Positions 1 through 9,256 of a stretch of DNA of 61,539 bases are shown here, piece after piece (the stretch's first letter is position 1; each line of letters opens with the position of its first letter). The stretch is taken from the NCBI GenBank assembly GCA_028280525.1, contig JANQLR010000329.1, positions 1-61,539 of the forward strand, given 5' to 3'. Position numbers and translations under genes: made by a program. The notes below the pieces were generated by a model. That model did no database searches and was not told where the DNA came from. It worked only from the letters and a program-made list of their open reading frames with translations. The DNA is from Longimicrobiales bacterium. Its GTDB lineage: Bacteria; Gemmatimonadota; Gemmatimonadetes; Longimicrobiales; Gaopeijiaceae.

Positions 1-1
1 A

Positions 2-1075
2 GGCCGCCCCGTCGGTCGTGATCGCGAAGCGGATCCCCGCGTCGGCGAGCTGCGCCGGATTCGTCGGCGCGAGGTACCAGTGCCGCAGGTCGGCGAGGCT
101 CGCGTTGAGCGCCGCCTCCGGATCGTCGACGTCCGGTGCGTCGGGGAAGTTCAGCGGGATGATCATCGGCTCGGTCCGACCCTCGAGCACGTCGATCAGT
201 CGGTACTCCTGCCCGCTCCCGCGGAACCAGGCGTCGACACCGTACTCGCCGGCGATCCGGCTCGCGCGGAGGAGCTCCTCCTCGCTGCGCGTTTCGAAGA
301 TCATCGGCTGCCGACCCTGCACGACCGGCTCGAGCGCCTTCAGCGCCTCACTCGTCTCCGGCGGGAGGAAGGAGCGGCCACTCTGCTCGTAGGCGTTCCA
401 CGCGCGGATGTACCAGTCGGCGTCGGAGAGCGTCTGCTCCATGAGCGAAATGACGCCCATCGAGGAGTTCGGGTAGCCCCCGCCCAGCTGGTTCGAGCGC
501 TGGAAGCCGATCGTCTGGGCGACGTCCGGACGGAGGATCCGGTCGCGGACACCCTCGTCGCCGAGGTTCACCACCGAGGCGGTTCCCCGGAAGATCCCCT
601 GCTTCGGCACCACGAGCGCCGTGCCGAAGCCCTGCGACCGGAGCGCGCTCCGGCGGGCCTCGTCGTCCTGCAGGTTCCGCGTCGTGGAGAACCAGGCGCG
701 GACCTGCGGATTCCAGTGCGTCGGGCCGATGTCGCCCCCCTCGGGGACGTCGTCCATGCCGAGGTCGGCGTGGGCGTCGATGAAGCCCGGGTAGACGGTG
801 TGCCCCGTCAGATCCCAGACGCGGGCACCGGCGGGGGCGTCGCCCCCGCGCTCGACCGACTGGATGATCCCGTTTCGGATCACGACGGTCGCGCCGTCGA
901 TCGCCTGACCGGGAGCGGTCACGACACGGGCGTTCGTCAGCGCGTGGAAGGTGCTCGCGTTCTCCCGCAGCCCGGTCACGGGCTGAGTGCGGGTGGCCTG
1001 CTGCGCTTCCGCTCCGACGGCGAGGAGAAGCGACAGCGAAAGGACGGAGAGAAGTGCTCTCACGGGGTCCCCCAT
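2..1075 (-). CDS. Secreted amidohydrolase-family protein (3' end lies outside the window)
   Basis: Not in the ORF track because it has no stop in the window. Manual translation from ATG at 1075: MGDPVRALLSVLSLSLLLAVGAEAQQ (signal peptide), then HALTNARVVT...GATVVIRNGII...DLTGHTVYPGFIDAHADLG, the typical amidohydrolase N-terminal strand plus PGxIDxH motif. Confidence 0.8.
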   Translation of the reverse strand, partial: MGDPVRALLSVLSLSLLLAVGAEAQQATRTQPVTGLRENASTFHALTNARVVTAPGQAIDGATVVIRNGIIQSVERGGDAPAGARVWDLTGHTVYPGFIDAHADLGMDDVPEGGDIGPTHWNPQVRAWFSTTRNLQDDEARRSALRSQGFGTALVVPKQGIFRGTASVVNLGDEGVRDRILRPDVAQTIGFQRSNQLGGGYPNSSMGVISLMEQTLSDADWYIRAWNAYEQSGRSFLPPETSEALKALEPVVQGRQPMIFETRSEEELLRASRIAGEYGVDAWFRGSGQEYRLIDVLEGRTEPMIIPLNFPDAPDVDDPEAALNASLADLRHWYLAPTNPAQLADAGIRFAITTDGAA

Positions 1076-1503
1076 GTACGGATGTTGAGTCGACTCGGGA
1101 TCGTGTGTCCACGGCGCCCGCGTGGGCACCGGATCCTCGTTGACGACAGACGAATCGTTCCCGGCGTTGAGGCACGGGTGTCTCGCGCGCGCGATCCATC
1201 AGCTGTGTGCCGGGAGGTGGACGGTACGGGGCGGATCCGCGGATCGCCAGCGGAATTCCGCGCAGTGTCGGGCAGAATCGCCCTTCGGCCGGACCAGAGT
1301 TCAGCCCGGATGTCTGCACTGTCTGCGGGGTTCTTCAGCCCCGGTGCGACGGGCTTTCCATCTGCCGAGGGGGTTGCGGGGGCCACGAGTCTCGCCCTGC
1401 TGAGAACCTGATCTCATCTGGCCGAGGGATCTGTGTGCGCCGTCCGAGCACGGCACACCCACGGGGCCACGGCCCGACGCGCCTCGGTCCGGACCGAGCT
1501 TCG

Positions 1504-2373
1504 TCAGTCGGCCAGCAGCTCCCTCAGCAGCGGATTCGGGAAGCGACGCTCGAGGGTGAAGGCGTAGAAGGTCTCCTGCAGCCCGGGGAGCTCCGCGAGC
1601 TCGACGAGCTCTCCCGACTCCAGCTCGTCCCGCACGACGATCGGGGGGATCACCGCCAGCCCGATCCCCTCGCGAGCGAGGAGGCGGAGCATGGCCATGT
1701 CATCCACCTCGGCGGCGATGCGGGGCCGAAGCTCCATCCGGTCCAGGAGCGCATCGAACCCGATGCGCATGCTGCTCTCCCGGGGGGGCAGGACGAGGGG
1801 CGCCGCATCGAGCATCTCCTCCAGCGGGGCGTCGGCCGAGGCGAGTCCGGGCGGGCCGATCAGCGAGAGCGTCTGGTGCGCCAGCGTGTGGGCCACCCAG
1901 CGGGTCGCGGCGTCGCGGGGCGGGGCCCAGTTCGCCAGGAGGACGTCGATACGGTGCGCCTCGAGCGACTGCATGAGGTCGGCGAAGGTCCCGGAGCGGA
2001 CGACGATCTCGATCCCCGCGCGGTGGAAGAGGGGGGCGAGGAAGCCGAGCTGGAAGTTTCGGGAGAGCGTCGCCTGCGACCCGACGCGCAGAACGACACG
2101 ATCCTGCTCGCGCTCGTTCAGCACGCCGACCAGGTCCTGCCCGATCGAGAAGATCTCGTCGGCGTGATCGAGGGCGATCCGGCCCGCCTCCGTCAGGACC
2201 AGCTCGCGCCCCCGTCGCTCGAAGAGCTCGTGGCCCAGAGCCGTCTCCAGCTTCTGGATCTGCACCGATACGGCCGACTGCGACACGAAGAGCTTCTCGG
2301 CGGCGCGGGTGAGGTTCCCCTCGTGCGCCACCGCCCAGAAGTAGCGGAGGTGGTGGTAGTTCAGCCGGCTCAA
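1504..2373 (-). CDS. LysR-family transcriptional regulator (NhaR-like), divergent from dabBA
   Basis: N-terminal LNYHHLRYFWAVAHEGNLTRAAEKLFVSQSAVSVQIQKLE wHTH, LFERRGRELVLTEAG linker, 289 aa. Confidence 0.93.
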   Translation of the reverse strand: MSRLNYHHLRYFWAVAHEGNLTRAAEKLFVSQSAVSVQIQKLETALGHELFERRGRELVLTEAGRIALDHADEIFSIGQDLVGVLNEREQDRVVLRVGSQATLSRNFQLGFLAPLFHRAGIEIVVRSGTFADLMQSLEAHRIDVLLANWAPPRDAATRWVAHTLAHQTLSLIGPPGLASADAPLEEMLDAAPLVLPPRESSMRIGFDALLDRMELRPRIAAEVDDMAMLRLLAREGIGLAVIPPIVVRDELESGELVELAELPGLQETFYAFTLERRFPNPLLRELLAD

Positions 2374-2406
2374 TCGTACGCCCCGAAGGAAGGGTTTATC
2401 TCAAAT

Positions 2407-2459
2407 GTTCATGCAGATAGAACGAAAGTATCCGTACATTGAATTAGACGCAATCTAAT
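2407..2459. promoter_or_regulatory. Two LysR-type T-N11-A palindromes in the divergent lysR/dabB promoter
   Basis: GTTC-N9-GAAC at 2407-2423 and ATTAGA-N5-TCTAAT at 2443-2459, both containing T-N11-A, in the only AT-rich patch locally. Confidence 0.55.
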
Positions 2460-2523
2460 CTTGCCGCTATCTCATTCGTCGTTGCGAAACACGGGACCCC
2501 TCGAATCTCGGACGGCGAACGGC

Positions 2524-4125
2524 ATGGATCTCCTCCTCTCGACCTTCCCCCTTCTCGCCCCCGCGGCGCTCGTCCTGGTGGCGGTCGTTGCGCGGCTCGA
2601 GCCCGGACGGGACCCCCGCCGGGTTCTGGCCATGGCGCGGGCCGCCTCCGTAGTCGGCGTCGCGGTGGCCGTTGCGACCGCCCTTCGCGTCGCCCTGGTC
2701 GGGCCGGTCACGACGCCCGCCATCGGGGTCGGGGACGCGACCTTCGCCCTCCGCCTCGACGCCCTCTCGGCGGTAATGCTCGGGCTGGTCGCCTTCATGG
2801 GGGCGGTCCTCCTCCGCTACAGCCGGAGCTACCTCGGGGGAGACGACGGGCACGGGGAGTTCATGGGTCGGCTCGCCCTGACCGTCGCCTGCGTCATGCT
2901 CCTGGTGATGTCCGGCTCGCTCCTGCACCTGACCGTCTTCTGGGCGCTGACGAGCTTCGCCCTTCACCGTCTCCTCCTCTTCTACCCGGACCGCCCCGCC
3001 GCCGTCATCGCCGCGCGGAAGAAGTTCCTGGTCGCCCGCGCCGGCGACCTCGCCCTCGGGCTGGCCGCGATCCTCCTGTACCAGACCTTCGGTACCGGAG
3101 ATCTCATCCTCCTCCTGGAGCGCGCCGCCGAGGTTGCGACCACCGGGCAGCCCGCCGGCAACGCCGTCCTCACCGCGACTCTGCTCGTCGCCCTCAGCGC
3201 CGCCCTCAAGTCGGCGATGTTCCCGACGCACGGCTGGCTTGCCGAGGTGATGGAGACGCCGACCCCGGTCTCCGCCCTGCTGCACGCGGGGATCATCAAC
3301 GGCGGGACCTTCCTGGTCGTGCGCCTCGCGGACGTCATGCTCCTCTCCGCCCCGGCCCTCCACTTCCTCCTGGTGATCGGAGGCTTCACCGCGATCTACG
3401 CCTCGGTGGTGATGGTCACGCAGAGCAGCGTGAAGGTCGCCCTCGCCTACTCGAGCGCGGCTCACATGGGCTTCATGCTCCTCCTCTGCGGCCTCGGCGC
3501 CTGGCCGGTCGCGATTCTGCACCTCGTCGCGCACTCCTTCTACAAGGCGCACGCCTTCCTCTCCTCCGGGAGCGCGGTGGAGACGAAGGGCACAACTGTG
3601 CCGCCGCCGGTGGAGGTGCCGGGCCTCGGTCGAATCCTCGTCGGGATCGGCGCCTCCCTCGCCACCGTCGTCGGCGTGGCCGCGGTCCTCGGGGTCTCGA
3701 TCGCCGAGAAGCCGGTCGCCCTCGGCCTCTCGGCGATCCTCGCGATCGGCCTGACGCAGCTCTGGGTGCGCGGGGCGCAGCAGCGGCCCTCGGCGTTCGT
3801 CCTGGGGCGAAGCGTCGCCGCCGCGGCCGCCACGACGCTCGCCTTCTTCACCCTCGAGCTCGGTGCGGCCCGGATCCTCGCCGGCGCGGTACCGGAGACG
3901 GTCGCCAGCGGAACGACGCTCGCCCTGATGACGGCGGTCGTCGCCCTCTTCGCGCTGGTGGTGCTGATCCAGCTGCGACTCCCCGTCTTCGCCCGAACGC
4001 CCACCGGCCGCGCCCTCTGGGTCCACCTCCGGAACGGGCTCTACGCCAACGCCCTCTTCGATCGCCTCGTCGGTGCGCTCCGCGTGCCGGACACCCTGAC
4101 CTCCAGCTACGGGAGCCGCGGATGA
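2524..4125 (+). CDS. dabB: DAB inorganic-carbon transporter membrane subunit (NuoL/MrpA-like)
   Basis: Multi-TM protein with KSAMFPTHGWLAEVMETPTPVSALLHAGIINGG, LAYSSAAHMGFM and HSFYKAHAFLSSGS. Its stop overlaps the start of a DUF2309 gene (ATGA). Start at ATG 2524 preferred. Confidence 0.9.
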   Translation: MDLLLSTFPLLAPAALVLVAVVARLEPGRDPRRVLAMARAASVVGVAVAVATALRVALVGPVTTPAIGVGDATFALRLDALSAVMLGLVAFMGAVLLRYSRSYLGGDDGHGEFMGRLALTVACVMLLVMSGSLLHLTVFWALTSFALHRLLLFYPDRPAAVIAARKKFLVARAGDLALGLAAILLYQTFGTGDLILLLERAAEVATTGQPAGNAVLTATLLVALSAALKSAMFPTHGWLAEVMETPTPVSALLHAGIINGGTFLVVRLADVMLLSAPALHFLLVIGGFTAIYASVVMVTQSSVKVALAYSSAAHMGFMLLLCGLGAWPVAILHLVAHSFYKAHAFLSSGSAVETKGTTVPPPVEVPGLGRILVGIGASLATVVGVAAVLGVSIAEKPVALGLSAILAIGLTQLWVRGAQQRPSAFVLGRSVAAAAATTLAFFTLELGAARILAGAVPETVASGTTLALMTAVVALFALVVLIQLRLPVFARTPTGRALWVHLRNGLYANALFDRLVGALRVPDTLTSSYGSRG

Positions 4126-6770
4126 CCCCGGCCACGATGACCGACGCCCGGACCGCCCTCGCCGGCGTGCCCGGCACCGCCACCACCGCCGCGCCGACGA
4201 TCGATCGCGCCCGCACCGACGCGGTCGTGGACGCCGCGGTCCGGCGGATCGCCCCGCTCTGGCCGCTGGAGCGCTTCGTCGCGGTGAACCCCTGGGTGGG
4301 GATGGCCGACCACGACTTCCGCGAGGCGGCGCTCCGGAGCGCACGCACGGCCGGCGCGCACATGACGATGCCCCGGAGCTGGTTCGCCGCGCAGATCGCG
4401 ACGCGCAGGATCGCCGACCGTCACCTCGAGACTGCGCTGGAGCGGGCCCGCACCGACGCGCGCTCGGCGACGCTTGCGACCCTCCCGGTAGATGTGCCCG
4501 AGCTTCGTCGTCGGGTCGCCGAGAGCACCACCCCGGTGGGTCCGGAGACCGATCCGGGGGCGCTCCTCCTCCCGACCGTCGCGGACGCTGCCGAGCTCGT
4601 GACGGGTCGACGGTGGGAGCGCCTCGTGCGCGAGCGCCTCTCCCTCTGGGCGGGGAGCTGGATCGACGATACGCAGGCCTCCTGGAGTTCGCCCTGGAAG
4701 GAGTCCGGGGCATGGGACGCCTGGCGAGCCGAGGCGACGATCGACCGGACCCCGGAGCTGCTCGGCGTGACCGGCTTCCGGGAGACCGTCGAGTCGCTCC
4801 CCTCGGATGCGGGCGAGGCCGTCCTCCGGATCGTCCGCGAGCTCGGCCTTCCCGAGGAGGGGCTCGAGCTCTACCTGCACCGCCTCCTGATGCGGGTGGG
4901 CGGCTGGTCCGCTCGACTTCGCTACCACCTCTGGGAGGCCGAGCTCCATGGCGGGCGGGACAGCGGGATCCACGAGTGGGTCGCGATCCTGCTCGCGTGG
5001 GAGCTCGCGCTGGCCCGCGCCTTCGAGGGGCGCGCGGTCGACGGCGCGTGGCGAGAGCTGCGCGCGGCGTACGAAGGCTCACCCGGCCCGCGCGCCGTCG
5101 CCGCGGACATCGCCCTCGACCTGGTCCTGCAGGACGCGCTGGAGCTCGCCCGGCAGGAGGAGATGGTCGCGCGCTTCGATGTCGCCGCCGGGGTGAACGC
5201 GGCCCGGTCGACGACCGACTCCCGCCCCTCCGTCCAGGCCGCCTTCTGCATCGACGTCCGTTCCGAGGTCTTCCGCCGCGCGCTCGAGAGCCAGAGCGCC
5301 GGTGTGCAGACCCTCGGCTTCGCCGGCTTCTTCGGCTTCGCCCTCGAATACGTCCCGGTCGGCTCCGAGGAGGGGCGCGCCCAGTGCCCGGTCCTCCTGA
5401 CTCCCGGAGCGCTGATCGAGGAGCGCGCCGGCGCCGATGCAGCACGGACGGAGGCGCTTGCCGCCCGGCGGACGCTCCGCCGCGCCGCGCTCGACGTCTG
5501 GAAGTCCTTCAAGATGGGCGCGGTCACCTGCTTCGGCTTCGTCGGGCCGGTCGGACTCGCCTACGCCCGCAAGCTGGTCACCGACGGCTTCGGCTGGACG
5601 CGCCCGGTGCCGCACCCGGCGGCAGACGCGCTGAAGGACGGGGAGCAGGCGGCGCTCGCGCCGGACCTGACCCCGGGCTCCTTCGACGGGCGTACCTCGG
5701 GGATGGACGCCGAGACGCGGTTGGCGAGCGCGGAGGCGGTGCTGCGGGCGATGTCGCTCACCGAGACCTTCGGGCGGATCGTGCTTCTCGCCGGGCACGG
5801 GTCGACTACCGTCAACAACCCGCACGCCACCGGCCTCGACTGCGGCGCCTGCGGCGGGCACACGGGGGAGGCGAACGCCCGGGTCGCGGCCGCCGTCCTC
5901 AACGACCCCGCGGTGCGCGCCGGGCTGAAGGGTCGGGGGATCGACGTCCCGGAGGACACCCTCTTCCTCGCCGGGCTGCACGACACCACGACCGACGAGG
6001 TCACCCTCTTCGGTCTCGACGGGGCGCCCTCCTCCCACGCGCCGGACATCGCGCGCCTGCGGGAGCAGCTCGCGGCCGCGGGCCGACTTGCCCGCGCGGA
6101 GCGGGCGCCGGATCTGGGGTTCGGCGACCAGGGTCGGAGCTTCACCGCGGTCGAGGTCCGAGGTCTCCCCGGTGCCGCCATCGACGAGGCCGTCGACGCG
6201 CGCTCGCGGAACTGGTCCGAGGTCCGCCCCGAATGGGGGCTCGCCGGGTGCGCCGCCTTCGTCGCCGCGCCGCGCCACCGGACGGCCGGGATGGACCTGG
6301 AGGGTCGGAGCTTCCTGCACGACTACAGCTGGGAGCGGGACGATGGCTTCGACGTCCTCGAGCTGATCATGACCGCGCCGATGGTCGTGGCGAGCTGGAT
6401 CAGCCTCCAGTACTACGGCTCGACCGTCGACAACCGGGTTTACGGGAGCGGGAACAAGACGCTCCACAACGTCGTCGCCGGGATGGGCGTGCTCGAAGGG
6501 AACGGGGGCGATCTCCGCACCGGGCTCCCCTGGCAGTCGGTCCACGACGGGGAGCAGCCGATGCACGAGCCGCTCCGCCTGAACGTCGTGATCGAGGCCC
6601 CGCTGGACGCCATGACCCGGATCATCGAGGCGCACGAAGGGGTGCGGGATCTCCTCGACAACGGGTGGCTCCACCTCTGGGCGATGGACGCGGAGGGGCG
6701 GATCGGTCACCGCTACGCAGGCGGGCTCGAGTGGGAGCGCGTCGCCCGGTCGGAGGTGGCGACGGCCTGA
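4122..6770 (+). CDS. dabA: DAB inorganic-carbon transporter soluble subunit (DUF2309, beta-carbonic-anhydrase-like Zn site)
   Basis: IAPLWPLERFVAVNP, AAFCIDVRSE (Zn ligands C and D), GFAGFFG, GHGS (H), LDCGACGG (C), WSEVRPEWGLAG, SFLHDY, HEPLRL. Confidence 0.93.
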   Translation: MTPATMTDARTALAGVPGTATTAAPTIDRARTDAVVDAAVRRIAPLWPLERFVAVNPWVGMADHDFREAALRSARTAGAHMTMPRSWFAAQIATRRIADRHLETALERARTDARSATLATLPVDVPELRRRVAESTTPVGPETDPGALLLPTVADAAELVTGRRWERLVRERLSLWAGSWIDDTQASWSSPWKESGAWDAWRAEATIDRTPELLGVTGFRETVESLPSDAGEAVLRIVRELGLPEEGLELYLHRLLMRVGGWSARLRYHLWEAELHGGRDSGIHEWVAILLAWELALARAFEGRAVDGAWRELRAAYEGSPGPRAVAADIALDLVLQDALELARQEEMVARFDVAAGVNAARSTTDSRPSVQAAFCIDVRSEVFRRALESQSAGVQTLGFAGFFGFALEYVPVGSEEGRAQCPVLLTPGALIEERAGADAARTEALAARRTLRRAALDVWKSFKMGAVTCFGFVGPVGLAYARKLVTDGFGWTRPVPHPAADALKDGEQAALAPDLTPGSFDGRTSGMDAETRLASAEAVLRAMSLTETFGRIVLLAGHGSTTVNNPHATGLDCGACGGHTGEANARVAAAVLNDPAVRAGLKGRGIDVPEDTLFLAGLHDTTTDEVTLFGLDGAPSSHAPDIARLREQLAAAGRLARAERAPDLGFGDQGRSFTAVEVRGLPGAAIDEAVDARSRNWSEVRPEWGLAGCAAFVAAPRHRTAGMDLEGRSFLHDYSWERDDGFDVLELIMTAPMVVASWISLQYYGSTVDNRVYGSGNKTLHNVVAGMGVLEGNGGDLRTGLPWQSVHDGEQPMHEPLRLNVVIEAPLDAMTRIIEAHEGVRDLLDNGWLHLWAMDAEGRIGHRYAGGLEWERVARSEVATA

Positions 6771-6828
6771 CGATCGAGCGGGTCGACCGGGCAGGGCGGG
6801 GGGAGGCGCGGGCACGAGTTCGCGACCT

Positions 6829-6848
6829 CCCCTTCGCCGTTGAAGGGG
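6829..6848 (+). terminator. Hairpin downstream of dabA
   Basis: CCCCTTC-gccgtt-GAAGGGG stem-loop, without a U-tract. Confidence 0.35.
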
Positions 6849-6877
6849 ACGGACCTCCGCGCCCTCTACACGGTACC

Positions 6878-6915
6878 CGCACCTCGGTCGCACCTCGGTC
6901 GCACCTCGGTCGCAC
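6878..6915. repeat. 11-bp tandem repeat (CGCACCTCGGT)x3 plus a partial copy
   Basis: Perfect copies at 6878, 6889 and 6900, plus CGCAC at 6911. Confidence 0.9.
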
Positions 6916-6941
6916 ACGGGAACCCGCGGGGGCCTGCAGGT

Positions 6942-6964
6942 ATTCGTTCAAGTAGCAAACATTG
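6942..6964. promoter_or_regulatory. Candidate ROK-repressor operator (degenerate)
   Basis: ATTCGTTC-N7-AAACATTG has the same geometry as the sites at 9157 and 11921. Confidence 0.4.
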
Positions 6965-6998
6965 ACTCGTCGTCCAGATCCGAAAGGAGAGAGGACTC

Positions 6999-7967
6999 AT
7001 GCAGGCCATCCAGGGACTTCACCACATCACCGCCGTCTCCGGCGACGCCCAGACCAACGTCGACTTCTACGAGGGGATCCTCGGTCAGCGGCTCGTGAAG
7101 ACGACCGTGAACTTCGATGACCCGGGCACCTACCACCTCTACTACGGGGACGAGGTCGGGACGCCGGGAACGATCATGACCTTCTTCCCCTGGTCGCACA
7201 TGGGCCGCGGTCGCGCAGGGAACGGCGAGGCGGCCGAGGTGCTCTGGTCCGTCCCCTCCGCCTCGATCGGGTGGTGGGCCGAGCGGCTCGAGTCGCTCGG
7301 GGTGCCCGTGAGCGAGGTGGAGGAGCGCTTCGGGGAGCAGGTGCTTCGCTTCGAGGACCCGGACGGGATGCGCCTGGGCCTGGTCGGGACCGATGCCCCG
7401 TCCACGATCCGCGCCTGGGAGGGCGGCCCGATCCCGGCGGAACACGAGATCCGCGGCTTCCACAGCGTCACCCTCTGGCTGACGCGTTCGGCGCCGACGG
7501 CCCGGCTCCTGACGGAGGAACTCGGCTACGTGGGCGACGGTGTGGAGGGGAACCGGCAGCGCTTTCGCGCGGCATCGGACGACCGTGCCCTCTTCATCGA
7601 TCTCCTCGAGCGTTCCGATGGATCGCGCGGGATCTTCGGTGCGGGGTCGATCCACCACATCGCCTTCCGGACCGTCGACGACGCGGAGCAGCTCGAGTAC
7701 CGGGAGCGGCTGATCTCGCACGGGTACGACGTGACCCCCGTGCGCGACCGGCAGTACTTCCACTCGATCTACTTCCGCGAGCCGGGCGGCGTCCTCTTCG
7801 AGGTGGCGACCGACGCCCCGGGCTTCCTCTACGACGAGCCGGTCGAGACGCTGGGCGACGCGCTGAAGCTCCCCGATTGGCTCGAGCCCCGTCGCGAGGC
7901 GATCGAGCTGCGCCTCCCGGGCTTCACCCGCCGGGCCCAGCCGGCCGCCGCGGGAGACGAGGCGTGA
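6999..7967 (+). CDS. Ring-cleaving dioxygenase / two-domain glyoxalase (MhqO/MhqA-like)
   Basis: GLHHITAVSG, LVKTTVNFDDPGTYHLYYGD, IHHIAFR, DRQYFHSIYFREPGGVLFEVATD. Strong RBS (aggagagagga). Confidence 0.9.
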   Translation: MQAIQGLHHITAVSGDAQTNVDFYEGILGQRLVKTTVNFDDPGTYHLYYGDEVGTPGTIMTFFPWSHMGRGRAGNGEAAEVLWSVPSASIGWWAERLESLGVPVSEVEERFGEQVLRFEDPDGMRLGLVGTDAPSTIRAWEGGPIPAEHEIRGFHSVTLWLTRSAPTARLLTEELGYVGDGVEGNRQRFRAASDDRALFIDLLERSDGSRGIFGAGSIHHIAFRTVDDAEQLEYRERLISHGYDVTPVRDRQYFHSIYFREPGGVLFEVATDAPGFLYDEPVETLGDALKLPDWLEPRREAIELRLPGFTRRAQPAAAGDEA

Positions 7968-8632
7968 GCGCCCGTCCCGAGGCCCCGACGCGCCCCGGTC
8001 CCCACCAGGGGCAGCCGGTGGCGCGGGCGGGCGCCCGCCTCGAGGAGGCGCAGAGCGCGATGATCCTCGTGCACGGGCGGGGCGCCACGGCGACGAGCAT
8101 CCTCGAACTCGGGAGCGCCTTCGACCGCGAGGGGATGGCGCTGCAGGCGCCACAGGCGGAGGGGTACAGCTGGTACCCGTACTCCTTCATCGCCCCGCTG
8201 GCGAAGAACGAGCCGGGGATCTCCTCCGGACTCGTCGCGATCGCGGAGCGGGTCGAGGAGATCGTCGCGGCCGGGATCCCGGAGGAGCGGATCGTCCTTG
8301 CGGGCTTCTCGCAGGGCGCCTGCCTGGCGTCGACCTTCGTCGCCCGGAATCCACGTCGTTGGGGCGGGCTGATGGTCTTCAGCGGTGGACTGATCGGGCC
8401 GCTCGGGATGGACTTCGATCTGCCGGGTGATCTGGCGGGCACGCCCGCATTCCTCGGCTGCTCCGACCGCGACGCGCACATCCCGCTCGAGCGCTTCGAG
8501 CAGACGGGTGAGGTCCTGGCGCGGATGGGCGCCGACGTGGAACTCGTGGTCTATCCGGGGATGCCGCACACGATCGTGCAGGACGAGATCGAGCGGGCGA
8601 GCCGGATCCTGGAGTTGCTCCCGTCGGCGTGA
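7964..8632 (+). CDS. Phospholipase/carboxylesterase (alpha/beta hydrolase, MhqD-like)
   Basis: LVHGRG, GFSQGA nucleophile elbow, Asp in SDRDAHIP, His in MPHTI. GTG overlaps the upstream stop. Confidence 0.88.
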   Translation: MSARPEAPTRPGPHQGQPVARAGARLEEAQSAMILVHGRGATATSILELGSAFDREGMALQAPQAEGYSWYPYSFIAPLAKNEPGISSGLVAIAERVEEIVAAGIPEERIVLAGFSQGACLASTFVARNPRRWGGLMVFSGGLIGPLGMDFDLPGDLAGTPAFLGCSDRDAHIPLERFEQTGEVLARMGADVELVVYPGMPHTIVQDEIERASRILELLPSA

Positions 8633-9108
8633 CGCCGCGGCGACTCCTCGCCGTCGATGCGGGCGTCCGGGTCGGGATCGCGGTCTTCGGTCCGGACGGC
8701 CGCCTCGAACGGTACCGCTCCACCAACTTCGGGTCGGTCCGGCGTCTGAAGTCCGGCGTCTACGGCGTCTGTGCGGAGGTCGGCCACCTCACCGATCTGG
8801 TCCTCGAAGGCGCCGGCGGCGGAATCGCCGAGCCGTGGCTGAAGGAGGCGCGGCGCCGGGATCTCACGGTCCGGCACGTCCACGCCGGGATCTGGAGGGA
8901 GCGACTCCTGCACCCTCGCGAACGTCGCTCCGGCGCGACCGCGAAGGAGCAGGCGGACGCCCTCGCGCGACGGGTCATCGAATGGTCGGGAGCCCCCCGA
9001 CCGACCTCGCTCCGGCACGACGCCGCCGAGGCGATCCTCGTCGGTCTCTGGGCGGTGCTCGACGCCGGCTGGCTCGACGGACCTCCCCCGGGTCTCGACC
9101 GAATCTGA
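8629..9108 (+). CDS. Hypothetical RNase H/RuvC-like fold protein
   Basis: LLAVDAG..VGIAV (motif I), LVLEG (motif II), GATAKEQ, RHDAAEAILVG (motif III). Translationally coupled to the upstream gene. Confidence 0.65.
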   Translation: MTPRRLLAVDAGVRVGIAVFGPDGRLERYRSTNFGSVRRLKSGVYGVCAEVGHLTDLVLEGAGGGIAEPWLKEARRRDLTVRHVHAGIWRERLLHPRERRSGATAKEQADALARRVIEWSGAPRPTSLRHDAAEAILVGLWAVLDAGWLDGPPPGLDRI

Positions 9109-9156
9109 GTCCGCCAGGCGCCCTGACACGGCTTCGCGCGCGCGGGGAGCTTTACA

Positions 9157-9179
9157 ATTTGTTCGTTCAAGTGACAAAT
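9157..9179. promoter_or_regulatory. Candidate ROK-repressor operator upstream of pfk
   Basis: ATTTGTTC-N7-TGACAAAT, extending to AATTTGT...ACAAATT. Confidence 0.6.
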
Positions 9180-9256
9180 TAGGTGCTGATCCTTCTTCTG
9201 GGCCGTCCGAACCGGTGTTCGAACGGTCTCACCCCGACTCGGCGAAGCCCCCGAAC

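Noticed and set aside
80-1411. 443-aa plus-strand ORF
   Set aside because: It is the antisense shadow of the minus-strand amidohydrolase and has no motifs.
1076-1503. Possible ncRNA or riboswitch in the 430-bp intergenic region
   Set aside because: Only generic GC-rich hairpins are present and no recognisable family motif. An Rfam/Infernal scan would be needed.
2524-4125. NADH dehydrogenase subunit L (nuoL) call
   Set aside because: There are no other nuo or mrp genes, and coupling to a DUF2309 gene identifies it as DabB.
6878-6915. CRISPR-like array
   Set aside because: The 11-bp units have no spacers and there are no cas genes.
2467-6955. Long Arg/Pro/Gly-rich ORFs (992, 780 and 612 aa) over dabBA
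   Set aside because: These are alternative-frame artefacts of high GC. The same applies to 11756-14485, 27497-29818, 39494-42004, 47704-50367 and 58180-60651.
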